Source: a virus. Taken from it: a stretch of 64,000 nucleotides of DNA. Location: IMG/VR virus record IMGVR_UViG_3300024052_000085, positions 1 to 64,000 of that record, one strand, 5' to 3'. Of the stretch, positions 38,288 to 48,911 are shown piece by piece (the stretch's first letter is position 1; the number at the start of each line of letters is the position of its first letter). Position numbers and translations under genes: made by a program. The notes beneath the pieces were generated by a model. It was not told the origin of the DNA. It did not search any database and saw nothing but the letters and a program-made list of their open reading frames with translations.

Positions 38288-41200
38288 ACATGCAGACAAG
38301 TCCTGGATTTTAACCTGGACTTTAAGTCTTTTAACGATTTTAGGTTTTATAGGTTTACTAGTATATTCTAGTTTACCTACAACTGTACTTGCTAGTCATG
38401 ATCCTACAGCAGATCCCGATGACCCACATGCTGCCTTTAGAGTAGTTGATGTTAGGGAGGCTTACGGCAGGTTAGTACTTGAAGTTCAACACTTTAAGTC
38501 TAATGGAGACCATTGGTTCTATGAAGTTTATACTTGGGAAGGTACAGAAGAATTTAATAGACTTCCAGCTATTAATCCTCAGGGTCAATTATTATTAGAA
38601 GATAATAGTATTGCTCCTTATATTGCTAATCCTGAATATAATGAAGTAGGTATACTAAATCTAGACGAGTACAGAAAGGATGTTCCTCCAGAAGTACAGT
38701 ACATACCAATTAAGAAAGTAGAGTTTGAATTCCAAAAGGTAATAGAGGATGTAATTCCGTCAGATCCAGGAAAAGATACTTACTTTCAGTTTCTTGTAAC
38801 TTCAGGGGAAACTATAGGCTGGGAACAAGAGCAAGTTCTACAGAAACTAGGCCCACCCCTATCCAGTTCAAATAACGTAGTTGGAGATTTAGCCCCCGTA
38901 GTTGGGGATACATTAACTTATATTTACAGTGATGGTCCTGAACTACAATATTCTAATGAGACAGCCTTAAATAAAGAGGCTATTATTCAACAGGTAGCCT
39001 CTATTCATCAAGTACGCACAGAAAAGGGTTGGACAGGTAATAAGGGTAGAGTATTATCTCCTGAAGTTAAAAGCACTCCTAAATCAATAGAGGGAGCTAA
39101 ACTTCTAAGTATTAGATTTGCTCATCTACAGGGAACTACTTATTTTGAAGATGGAACTATATTTAATGGAGACACTGATCTCTTAGCAGGTATTGACGAT
39201 TATTTTGAGAGAGTTGATTTAAGGACTGATAGAAGTAAGACCTACAGTATTGGAGAAGATCTATATAGAACTGAACTGTATCAGACTGCTATTCATAGTG
39301 AAAATGAAAATGGAGAACTCTTAGATATATCCTATGACTTCATCAGAGTGCCAGATACCGATACCTGGGTAATGGGGACTCATCCAGATTATAAAGTTAT
39401 TGCTGATGAATCTACTCTAACTATAATAGATCCCACAGACACATATGGAGGTAGATGGTATACTCCTGCTCCTCTAACTTTTAAGGATAATACTGCTTAC
39501 TACTATGATGATGGATTAAAGTGGGTCTATTCTCTAACTCCTTCTGGAATAAAACTTGATGCTGAAGTTCATGAACCTAGGGGAGAAAGAGACTATGAAT
39601 TTACTTTCTTACCTTTGGGTGAAGGTATACAACCCTTTAGAATAGATAGTGATGGTAATGCAGTAACTGCTGATAGAGCTGTATCCACTACAGGTGGGGA
39701 AATTTACTTTGACTTTACTTTAAATGAGAATGATTATAGTATTGAACCTCAGTTAGTTGTTCCACGAGCTTTTGCTGAATTTGGAGAGGATATTAATAAA
39801 GTAAGGGTGAGTGCTTCTCCTTGGGAGATAGTAGACGACTATACGATTAAATTTACTTTTGATGATAAGGATATAACGAGTTATCCTTATGTACTTGATC
39901 CTACTACTACTATTTCACTAGTTGGAAATCCTCTACAAAATGGTATGATGTTCGGGACTATGTACTGTAATCCTATAACAGCTGGGTTTTACCCAAACTG
40001 GACTTGTGGTAGTGTTCATGGAACTGGACCAGAAGACTATTATATAGGTAAGTCTTCTGGTTCAGCTTATGAAGCAAAGAGGGGGATGATTAAGTTTGAC
40101 TTGAATAGTCTTCCTGCAGGTATTGTTATAACTAGAGCTTATATAGATATGTATAACTTTACTGGTGGAAGGAACTTTGATTCCACAGATTATGGGGATG
40201 ACCGTATTAATTTCCATAGACTTAGAAAAGAATGGGATATGAACGCAAACTGGACTAAAGCTACCAATAGTGTAAACTGGACAGGAGGTGGTGCTAGTCA
40301 AGACTGTTGGCATATAACTGCTAATAGCAATACTGGTTGTGATAGAGATACTGAAGTGTCTGCATCACTTGATGCTTATTCTGCTACCTCTCATCCTAAT
40401 GATAGCAATGCAGACTGTAACTGTTGGCATAGATGGGAAGGTGAAAAGTTATTAGTAGATGTTAGGCAGATGTATAGTGGTATGCGCCCTAACTATGGAT
40501 GGGTTATTGAACATCCTCAAGCTGAAAACTCTGCTAAACTGCAGGGTACCTGGGCCTACTGGTATTATGGCTATTATGGCTATAACCAAGTAGTAACACT
40601 TGGTCTTGCTACATATGCTCCACATATGACTGTGGAATATACTTTCCCTTCAATTGACAGTTGTGTTACTCAGACTAATTGGTATACAACAAATCAGGGT
40701 AGTTCCCCAGCTATGTGGGATGGTCAGATAGCTCACAACAATAACCACGTTGCTGCAACCTTCGTAACTAGAACTAGAGAACCTACAACATCTAATTCTG
40801 GGAACGCTAATTATGATACTGATATTACTGATACCCATATTAAAGTAGGTTGGTATGCAAAGCAAGGTATGACAAACGTTTTCTGGATACAACGAGGTGT
40901 TGTAATGTACGACACTTCAAATCTTCCAGATGATGCTATAGTAGTAGATGCAAAGTGGCACTTCACAATTAGTGCTAAAGCCAACCAAAATACTTCTGTT
41001 ACAGCTGAATATGCCTATGATGGGTCTGTTGGTAGTTTCAACTCCTTAGCTAGTCAATCTATAAATTTAGTTGGACTGAATTATACAGACCCTGATGGAC
41101 TGAATCCTAATAGTGGTTTAGCTGGAGCTAATAGACATGACTTAACTAGTATGACCACTTGGAATACTAATGACTATGGCGTCCTAAAACGTTCTGTAGA

Positions 41201-44200
41201 ACCAATGACAGTAGATATGTATATCTACGATGCAAAACAGAATTCTCAAGGTAATATTAACAATGCAGGAGGAGGCCTTTACGGTCAAACACATTATGTA
41301 GATAGTCCCTATCATCATAGAGACCTTACAGACTTTGGTATGGCCTACATAAATAAAACTGGTATTACTAAGTTTGCAATTCTACATAGTGATGATAGAC
41401 AAGGTGACCCTCCTATTTGGTATAATGACTTGTGGTCTTACCTCAATATAGCCTCTTCTGAGGCAGGTTCTCAGTATGAACATAAGTTAGAAGTTACTTA
41501 TAGAGTACCTTGTGCTGAAGTGGGTACTGAAGCTACAGATACAGTTACTAATACCGCAGTTAGTACATACTATGGTACAGATGCTAATGACGATTGGAGT
41601 TATCAAATAGGTAACTATCCTGCTCAGGGAGCTACTAGAAAATGGCATGGTATGTGGGCTGATTCAGCTCATGCTATGCAGAACGCTTCCATTCTGTATT
41701 TGAGTTTTGGTCAACATAGTTCAGGGCAAACTAACTGGTCAACCCTTGCTGGGGATGAATACTACTTTGCTTTTAGATCTGTAGTTAACTTCGATACTAG
41801 TAACCTCCCAGATTATACTCAATGTACGTCTGCTACTCATACTTCTTATCCAGCTGTAGATGGAGAGTATCAGACATACAACTCAGCTGGTTATGAATGG
41901 TATAACATGACCAATGAGAACAGAACTACTGGCTCCAATACTCAAACAACTGATTCTACATCTACTACTATGAGAGTAGGGTTCCAGATGCATTCTACTC
42001 AAAGGAAGTATACTCATCAGTGGCGATCTGAATTACAGTTTGATACTTCAGGTATTCCAGCTAATGCTGTAATTACTGATGCTACCTTAAGGTTGAAGAA
42101 AGCTAACTCACCTGGTGTTTATAGTGCTAATTCTGTTGTAGGTATGGAGAGATCTAATACTTGGGGTGCTGGACCTAATGGTACTAGCCTACAAGAGGAT
42201 GACTATGATAATATGGACTTTAGAGCCATAGCTTTTGGTCAACCAAATGATACTGCTCCAGGTATTAAGTATTTCCAGATTAATAGCCTGGGTCTTGAGA
42301 ACTCAATAAAGAAAGGTGTTGGGGCTATTACTCAGTTAGGCCTTATGGATTCAAGGATATTAAATAATAAAGAGATTTGGAACGGCAGCAACAGTACTGC
42401 TACCTCATGGTATACAGTAGAGAATGGTAACGCTACCACTAAACCTCAATTATCTGTAAACTACTATGTACCTTGTGACAATGGTATTATAGATGCATGG
42501 TTAGACCTTGGAATCTCTGGAGCTAGACTATGGTCTAAAAATAGTCCACTAGGAGCCCATAACTGGTTTGGCTCAGGAAATGCATACACACTTAACTCCT
42601 TAAAACCTCATCCAGAAAGTGACCTAACAGTTGTGGGAGTAAAGGTAGAAGCTGGGCATGCGGATAACTATGGTTCTGCTGTAGCTAGTGATTTCCATAA
42701 ACATACTAAAGGCCAGATTACAGAAGAAATACCTGCTGTTAGGATGAACTGGGACGATTATACTAGATTCCAGTTTACTGATGAAGGTCTATATTCTGTA
42801 AATACAACTGGACATACTCAAATAGGTTTGCAGTTAGGTAATGACTACTGGGATTATGAACCAGTACATAATGGAGGAGGGTGGTCCTACGAAATTGTTC
42901 TCCATTCCTATACTGATGCTACTTCCAGGCCTAAGTTAACTGTTGTTCATGGTTATCAGAATCAAGCAGCTTTCTATTCTAATGCTATACATAATAAAGT
43001 ATTAACTATCAATACTAGTGGTACTACTTGGGTAAACCCTCTGACTAATACCATGAAACAGGATATAATAAATGGTATAACAGGTCACTTATCTGAAAGT
43101 ACTTCTTGGAATACTGCTGTTAAAGCCAATATGTCAGTTGGAGAAGTAATAAGGACTGACGATGATACAGTTACTATAACTTTCGGGAATCATAGTACTT
43201 ATGCTCCTAGTGTAGCTGAAACTATGACCATACTTATACCTGCTAGTGCTACTAACGATGCTCTTGCTAGTCTACCATCTCGTAGTACTTTTCAGGTAGA
43301 TCCTGTTCCATTTTCTTTTACAGCAGCAACTCCTACAATGGCTACTAATACAGGTCCTTTGACTTTAACCTTAACAGGTGCAGGTCTTCCCCCAGGAGGT
43401 AGCTTACCTTTCCAAGGATCAGAAGATGTAAGGATGCAGAAATCTGGTGAACCTGATATTGTATGTTCAGGAGTTTCTGGAGGAGGTAGCTCGTCTGTTG
43501 TTAGTTGCCCTACAACTGGAGCACCTGTAGGAGCTTGGGATATTAAAGTTATAAACGGTGCAGGACTAACTGGTACACTTTCTGCTAATACTACTTTATA
43601 TTCTCCTTGGTCTAGTACAGTAAATGGAGGAGACTTTAGTCCTGGAGGATCAGACTATGGTGTATTTGCTCATGATGCAGTTCCCTACTTCACAGTTCAA
43701 GCTTTTGATGAAGTAGAAAAAGAATGGGGTGTCGCTTCTAGTCCTCCTACTTCATTACCTACTACTGCTGGTATGGATGCTGAATTTAATTTAACAAAGA
43801 CTAGAATAGTAGTTGCTACTTCTACAACTATAACCCCTTTATATGCTTATGAGTTTTCACCTCTAACAGGAGTTATTGGAGGAACATCTTCACCTGCTTC
43901 ACCAACTCTTATGGGAACTACCTCTTTAGACTTTGGATATGCCGATAATGTTATCGGAACAACAACTACTGGTGGTGACTATTTCTACATAAATGATGTT
44001 GACACATCAGCTGCTATAGCTAGCTTCTGGACTAGTACATTAGCTAATACTTCTACTAAACCTACAGCTACTTGTAACGATATTGATGTTACGGTAAGTT
44101 ATATAGCTGTAGGATGTGATTCTGCTCCCTACTTATTTGTATACAACTTCGATAACGCTACTCCTGCTATAGGTACTAAACTTAGTGATCCTGCTAATCC

Positions 44201-45968
44201 TCCTACAGCTTCTGTAACTGGAGTCGAGTTTAGTCCAGACATGAATAAGATAGCTATAACTTGGGATACTTACCTATCGGTATACGAGTTTGATGATGCT
44301 ACAGGAACAATAGGTACTTTAGAAAGTGTTAGCTTAGCTAGTACTGCTACGGGATTAGACTGGCAAAATGAGAATACTACAGGTGTTACATCAATTGCTG
44401 CAAGTTCAACCTTAACACCTTTCATACATGCTTGGCCTTACAATACAAGTTTGAGTACCGGAGCTTTTGGGTCTAAATTAACAGACCCAAGTCCTTTACC
44501 TTCTGGAGCTGGTACTTTTGTAGGTATACATATAAATGATGATGTAGTAGTATTGGGTCAGAGTGTATCTCCTTACATAACTACCTATGAATATACGGGT
44601 ACTAGCGATGACGACTTTGCAATCAATAGATTGGTATTAAATTTCGATACTTCATACCTACCTGATGATGCTGTAATTACAGATGTTAAGCTTAACATAC
44701 CCCATGTTGCCTTAACCGCAGCTAATACATTACCCGGAACTACTCATTGGGACTTATATGTTCAAGAAGGATCTATTGCTGCTGAACCTATATCAGTTAC
44801 AGACTTTGACTTTAATAAATACGATCTACCAACATATCCAGTTATAGGATCTAAAAATAGTGCCGCAATGACAGGTTCTTCTTTTAGTATTAACTTAAGT
44901 GCATCTACTTTCATTAATAGTACTGGAATCTCTCAGTTAATATTAAGACATGAACATGAAGTGAGTTCGACTTCAACTCCTGCTGCACAGACAGATCAGT
45001 TTATAGAAATTAATTACGGAGGTCAGGAAGTAGGTAACGAATTCCCTACAGCTTGTACTTCAGATAGTACTTGGGGTACTATACAATCAGATAGTGCATA
45101 CAATATGTGTAATGCTACTAATGTACCTAAATTATTAATTACTTACACTTCTGTAAGTTCAGGTACTCCTGCAGACCTTGTAACTAATATAACGAGTATT
45201 GCTAACATACCAAAATCTGATGGAACTTATACTGTAGGAATACTTGCTAAAGGACCTGTAATAGTTTCTAAGGTTGAAGGTAATAGTACAAATACTACGG
45301 ATTACGGTTTCAATAGAGTTCAAGTAGATAATCTAAATAGTTGGAGTTTCCATACTTCAAGCGATCCTCAGAAACCTACCTCATTTGTTAACTACACTAG
45401 GATATATAGAAATCCTACAACCTATAATGCTATAAATCCCATTGTCGACTGGACTCTGACTGGTATACATAGCTTCCCCGAAAATTGGTTTTACGATTTA
45501 GGTACTGATGCTAATATCGATAACGCAGTTTATGAAATTGCAATTCCTTCAAGTTCAGTCTCACCAACGTTATCCAATAACGTAGGTATTGCAAGTGTAG
45601 CACCATTAAATGCTGCTTTACCTTCATATTCTCAGTTAGTAGGTATTTCAGATAATACTCCCGATCTTACTACCAGTTCATCTTCGGGAGTTGCAGGACT
45701 ACCTCTAGAACCCTTCTGGTTATATATAGAGTCTCAAACTGGAATGCCCGCAAAAGTAATGGTTTTGATGTTTGCATTATCATTCGTGATATTTGCAGGT
45801 GTTCTAGCCTTTAGATCATTCCAATCTGTAGCAGCATCTTTCATAGTAATGATTATAATGATAGCAGTATTTGCACTATCATTCGGAGGAGTATTCCCAT
45901 GGTGGATGCTAATAACATTTGCAATGACAGGTGGTATCTTCGTATTCGCTAGGAGAGCATACGTATAA
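38274..45968 (+). CDS. 2564-aa membrane-anchored adhesin/spike with DNRLRE-like repeats, an IPT-like domain and a beta-propeller
   Basis: Five R...FD(T/L)..(L/I)P motifs; TP...G..TLTLTG...C.T..A..G.WD..V.N; C-terminal TM bundle. Confidence 0.75.
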   Translation: MTLVKHADKSWILTWTLSLLTILGFIGLLVYSSLPTTVLASHDPTADPDDPHAAFRVVDVREAYGRLVLEVQHFKSNGDHWFYEVYTWEGTEEFNRLPAINPQGQLLLEDNSIAPYIANPEYNEVGILNLDEYRKDVPPEVQYIPIKKVEFEFQKVIEDVIPSDPGKDTYFQFLVTSGETIGWEQEQVLQKLGPPLSSSNNVVGDLAPVVGDTLTYIYSDGPELQYSNETALNKEAIIQQVASIHQVRTEKGWTGNKGRVLSPEVKSTPKSIEGAKLLSIRFAHLQGTTYFEDGTIFNGDTDLLAGIDDYFERVDLRTDRSKTYSIGEDLYRTELYQTAIHSENENGELLDISYDFIRVPDTDTWVMGTHPDYKVIADESTLTIIDPTDTYGGRWYTPAPLTFKDNTAYYYDDGLKWVYSLTPSGIKLDAEVHEPRGERDYEFTFLPLGEGIQPFRIDSDGNAVTADRAVSTTGGEIYFDFTLNENDYSIEPQLVVPRAFAEFGEDINKVRVSASPWEIVDDYTIKFTFDDKDITSYPYVLDPTTTISLVGNPLQNGMMFGTMYCNPITAGFYPNWTCGSVHGTGPEDYYIGKSSGSAYEAKRGMIKFDLNSLPAGIVITRAYIDMYNFTGGRNFDSTDYGDDRINFHRLRKEWDMNANWTKATNSVNWTGGGASQDCWHITANSNTGCDRDTEVSASLDAYSATSHPNDSNADCNCWHRWEGEKLLVDVRQMYSGMRPNYGWVIEHPQAENSAKLQGTWAYWYYGYYGYNQVVTLGLATYAPHMTVEYTFPSIDSCVTQTNWYTTNQGSSPAMWDGQIAHNNNHVAATFVTRTREPTTSNSGNANYDTDITDTHIKVGWYAKQGMTNVFWIQRGVVMYDTSNLPDDAIVVDAKWHFTISAKANQNTSVTAEYAYDGSVGSFNSLASQSINLVGLNYTDPDGLNPNSGLAGANRHDLTSMTTWNTNDYGVLKRSVEPMTVDMYIYDAKQNSQGNINNAGGGLYGQTHYVDSPYHHRDLTDFGMAYINKTGITKFAILHSDDRQGDPPIWYNDLWSYLNIASSEAGSQYEHKLEVTYRVPCAEVGTEATDTVTNTAVSTYYGTDANDDWSYQIGNYPAQGATRKWHGMWADSAHAMQNASILYLSFGQHSSGQTNWSTLAGDEYYFAFRSVVNFDTSNLPDYTQCTSATHTSYPAVDGEYQTYNSAGYEWYNMTNENRTTGSNTQTTDSTSTTMRVGFQMHSTQRKYTHQWRSELQFDTSGIPANAVITDATLRLKKANSPGVYSANSVVGMERSNTWGAGPNGTSLQEDDYDNMDFRAIAFGQPNDTAPGIKYFQINSLGLENSIKKGVGAITQLGLMDSRILNNKEIWNGSNSTATSWYTVENGNATTKPQLSVNYYVPCDNGIIDAWLDLGISGARLWSKNSPLGAHNWFGSGNAYTLNSLKPHPESDLTVVGVKVEAGHADNYGSAVASDFHKHTKGQITEEIPAVRMNWDDYTRFQFTDEGLYSVNTTGHTQIGLQLGNDYWDYEPVHNGGGWSYEIVLHSYTDATSRPKLTVVHGYQNQAAFYSNAIHNKVLTINTSGTTWVNPLTNTMKQDIINGITGHLSESTSWNTAVKANMSVGEVIRTDDDTVTITFGNHSTYAPSVAETMTILIPASATNDALASLPSRSTFQVDPVPFSFTAATPTMATNTGPLTLTLTGAGLPPGGSLPFQGSEDVRMQKSGEPDIVCSGVSGGGSSSVVSCPTTGAPVGAWDIKVINGAGLTGTLSANTTLYSPWSSTVNGGDFSPGGSDYGVFAHDAVPYFTVQAFDEVEKEWGVASSPPTSLPTTAGMDAEFNLTKTRIVVATSTTITPLYAYEFSPLTGVIGGTSSPASPTLMGTTSLDFGYADNVIGTTTTGGDYFYINDVDTSAAIASFWTSTLANTSTKPTATCNDIDVTVSYIAVGCDSAPYLFVYNFDNATPAIGTKLSDPANPPTASVTGVEFSPDMNKIAITWDTYLSVYEFDDATGTIGTLESVSLASTATGLDWQNENTTGVTSIAASSTLTPFIHAWPYNTSLSTGAFGSKLTDPSPLPSGAGTFVGIHINDDVVVLGQSVSPYITTYEYTGTSDDDFAINRLVLNFDTSYLPDDAVITDVKLNIPHVALTAANTLPGTTHWDLYVQEGSIAAEPISVTDFDFNKYDLPTYPVIGSKNSAAMTGSSFSINLSASTFINSTGISQLILRHEHEVSSTSTPAAQTDQFIEINYGGQEVGNEFPTACTSDSTWGTIQSDSAYNMCNATNVPKLLITYTSVSSGTPADLVTNITSIANIPKSDGTYTVGILAKGPVIVSKVEGNSTNTTDYGFNRVQVDNLNSWSFHTSSDPQKPTSFVNYTRIYRNPTTYNAINPIVDWTLTGIHSFPENWFYDLGTDANIDNAVYEIAIPSSSVSPTLSNNVGIASVAPLNAALPSYSQLVGISDNTPDLTTSSSSGVAGLPLEPFWLYIESQTGMPAKVMVLMFALSFVIFAGVLAFRSFQSVAASFIVMIIMIAVFALSFGGVFPWWMLITFAMTGGIFVFARRAYV

Positions 45969-46052
45969 TGGCAGAGTGGAATAGAGAATATTTTGATGGG
46001 AGAGCATACGTATAATGGCAGATAGAGAATGTTTTGATTGGAATAGAGAATA
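45952..46052 (+). repeat. mosaic tandem duplication (24-bp GGAGAGCATACGTATAATGGCAGA at 45952 and 45999)
   Basis: Exact copies, plus repeated TGGAATAGAGAATA and ATAGAGAATRTTTTGAT. Confidence 0.85.
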
Positions 46053-46563
46053 CTATGGTAAAACCCATCCACATAAAAAGTTCTATAACATTCCAGATGT
46101 AGAAGGAACTAAACATTTAGATATAGGGTGGAGCGAAGGAGATTTCCCAATAATTGGAGCTACTCTGGGAGTAGATCCTGGTAGTAATCGAAAATTTTGG
46201 AACTTTGAACACTCTCCAGAAGAGGATAAAGAAGTAACAGACTTTTATAGAAGTATAAACTTCGAAGAAATAGCTGCTAGTGGGACACATCTACCTTTTG
46301 CAAATGGAACTATAGACTCTGTATCATCTCAGCATTCAATGGGAATGGAATTCGATTTAGAAGAGGGATTAGCAGAAGCTATCAGAGTACTTAGGAGCGG
46401 AGGTAAGTTAGCAGTTTTAACATGGGTTACTACTGAAGAAATTGAAGAGTTAAGAAGATGGTTGAGAAGTCAACCTGTACAAAATGTTAGAATAAGAAAA
46501 AGAGATAAAGATGAAGACACTGATAATTTATTTCTTTACGGAATAGAGTTCACTAAGGTATAA
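46015..46563 (+). CDS. class I SAM-dependent methyltransferase-like, paralog 2
   Basis: LDIG, ASGTHLPF..GTIDSV, EAIRVLRSGG. Confidence 0.75.
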   Translation: MADRECFDWNREYYGKTHPHKKFYNIPDVEGTKHLDIGWSEGDFPIIGATLGVDPGSNRKFWNFEHSPEEDKEVTDFYRSINFEEIAASGTHLPFANGTIDSVSSQHSMGMEFDLEEGLAEAIRVLRSGGKLAVLTWVTTEEIEELRRWLRSQPVQNVRIRKRDKDEDTDNLFLYGIEFTKV

Positions 46564-46566
46564 TAA

Positions 46567-47370
46567 ATGAATAAATTAATGGCATTCTTCGTATTCACAT
46601 TCATATGTGGGTCAATGATCAGTTTTACAATGGAAGGGGGTTCTGGTATAGTAACAACTCATCTAAAAGACACTATTACCGCTTCACAGAATGTTATACC
46701 TGTAAATAGTATTGTAGGCTTTTTAACTGGAGGTGATAGGATAACAATCGAAGATGAAGATATTAGATATAATAGCGTACAAGCTGCAGGAATAATAACT
46801 TCTGTAGATCCGGGAGCTGATGGATTATACGACTCTAGCACCTTGGGTGCTGCTATAAATAATGATAACGTTTGTGAAGATGGATCTATATGGTTAGCCA
46901 GTAGAACCTTAATAACTAATGCATGCGTAGGAGCTGTAACAGGAGAGATAGCTTATACATGCCCTTGTATGGTCCTAACAAATAGTAATACGGTTCCAAT
47001 AATGAGAGGAGCTGATTCTTATGATAGTGAAGAGACTGAAGCTAAACCTCATGCAGGGCCAGATAACTCAAAAGTACCCCCAAGAAGAGGTACTAAAGTC
47101 TTTAACAGAGGGTCTTCATTAGTAAATCAGGCTTTAGGAATGAACATAGCTCAAAGTGCGACAACAGCAGGTGTTGCCAAAACATTTGTTCTATTGCCTA
47201 TAGCATTGAGTAAGACAGCAATAAAACTAGTAGCTTGGGACTTCGCATATCTAGAAGGAAACTTTTCATACTTTAAGTATATGATCTTGTATCCTATATC
47301 TGCAGGATTCATGTATACCATACTAATAACCGGTGCAAGTCTATTCCAGGGAGTCTTTAGAAGAGGATAA
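46567..47370 (+). CDS. membrane-anchored structural protein
   Basis: N-terminal and C-terminal TM; T.L...I......IPV.S..GF....I.IE.E.I.Y pattern typical of virion beta domains. Confidence 0.6.
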   Translation: MNKLMAFFVFTFICGSMISFTMEGGSGIVTTHLKDTITASQNVIPVNSIVGFLTGGDRITIEDEDIRYNSVQAAGIITSVDPGADGLYDSSTLGAAINNDNVCEDGSIWLASRTLITNACVGAVTGEIAYTCPCMVLTNSNTVPIMRGADSYDSEETEAKPHAGPDNSKVPPRRGTKVFNRGSSLVNQALGMNIAQSATTAGVAKTFVLLPIALSKTAIKLVAWDFAYLEGNFSYFKYMILYPISAGFMYTILITGASLFQGVFRRG

Positions 47371-47823
47371 TATGACTAGAAGAAGAGGAATTGGAACAGG
47401 ATCAATGGTCAGTAGAGATTTTCAAAGGAAACAAAATAGAGAACGTTCTCAGTTAATATCCCAAGCTATTATTAAAAGGGACTTAGATGATTCTTGGGTT
47501 GTTAGAGTTACTGAAACCCGTCAAAGTATGCAAAATGTAAGTGGTGAGTCTATACCTTATACTCATGCTGAAATAGTTCCAGTAGAGAATGCTAATGCAT
47601 TTAGGAAATATAAAGCATTGGGTTCTAGCGGAGATTCAAGAAATGCTGAATCTGGAGAATTGATTCAATCTGGAGGTATAACCAACGTAAAGTTTTATAT
47701 TCTCGGATTGATTGGTGATGGTGGTTCTTATCGTATAGGAGACCTTATAGAAGAATATGGACTCTCTAATGTATCTGGAGCCTTAACAGAGGGTATAACT
47801 CAGGGATTGATAGAGGTAGCTCG

Positions 47824-48012
47824 ATGATATCCGAAACTGAAAAGTGCGTACATCATTGGATAATAGAAACTTCTACAGGTCCTACAAGTCAAGGTGAATG
47901 TCAGAAGTGTAATGCAAAGAAACTCTTCTCTAACTCTATAGGTATGAAAGAGATGCCTAGAAGTATTAACCTAGCTAGCCCTAATTCTTTAAATGGACGT
48001 TTCAATAACTAA
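47824..48012 (+). CDS. small Zn-ribbon protein (CxHHWxIE..GPTS.G.CxxC)
   Basis: Motif seen directly. Confidence 0.6.
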   Translation: MISETEKCVHHWIIETSTGPTSQGECQKCNAKKLFSNSIGMKEMPRSINLASPNSLNGRFNN

Positions 48013-48911
48013 TGAGTATGAAATCTGAATACGGAGGTATTTTCGGAGTAATCAATCCTAGAGAACTTAATCGTCTCTATGAGTTACTGGATGTTTGCGG
48101 ATCTATGGGATGGAAGATTGAAGAAGATCTTAGTATAGAAGACGAAACTGATAGAAGATGGGATTATAATAGAAGATTAGAAGCAGGAAATCCTCAGTAT
48201 CAATATGGTGGAGGACAATTTAGAGATCTAGCTCCTTTCGATTATTTAGAACTAGAGTATGATGGTAACTTTCAATTAATGACAGTACCAGCTTTTAATA
48301 CTTGGTTGAAGCAAGCGCGTAACTATGCCGCTAGATGGTTTAAACGTCTCCAGTCTAGATATGCTCAGAAGATACAGTTAGCAGATACAAAAGGAAAAGT
48401 AAGAATGGCTGACTATAATAGAATGGAAATGTTGGAACATCATATCAAAGCAGTTAAGGATAAAGATGAAGCATATATAGAAAGAAGTGTACCTATGTAT
48501 GATTCTAGTATAGAACCAGAAAGATATGCAGAATTCGAAAAGTATAAAGATCTTTATGACTGGAAAAAAGATATAGACTGGGTACTTGGTCCTCAAGGAC
48601 TATTACATACTGAAGATTCGGAAATAGAGATTGCTAGACAGAGTTGGATAGAAGGATTTAAGGAAATTTCAAAGTGTCTTCAAGATCTTACTAAAATTCA
48701 AAAGAATGTAGCTAGAAGATATAATCGTTGGTCTAGAAAAGATTTCAGATATACTGAAGATCCTACAGATCCCGACACTCCAGGGAAATTTTTTAACCCC
48801 GACTTTAGATATAATGTTTCCAGACGTCAGAGAGGCCTAACAGACAAAGAAGGTAAATACTTACATGACTGGAATCCAGATACAATGGAAAGCGGAGCGC
48901 AAGGATTATGA
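48012..48911 (+). CDS. hypothetical protein, (Y/F)GG N-terminal family member 1
   Basis: SEYGGIFGVINPRE. Confidence 0.55.
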   Translation: MSMKSEYGGIFGVINPRELNRLYELLDVCGSMGWKIEEDLSIEDETDRRWDYNRRLEAGNPQYQYGGGQFRDLAPFDYLELEYDGNFQLMTVPAFNTWLKQARNYAARWFKRLQSRYAQKIQLADTKGKVRMADYNRMEMLEHHIKAVKDKDEAYIERSVPMYDSSIEPERYAEFEKYKDLYDWKKDIDWVLGPQGLLHTEDSEIEIARQSWIEGFKEISKCLQDLTKIQKNVARRYNRWSRKDFRYTEDPTDPDTPGKFFNPDFRYNVSRRQRGLTDKEGKYLHDWNPDTMESGAQGL

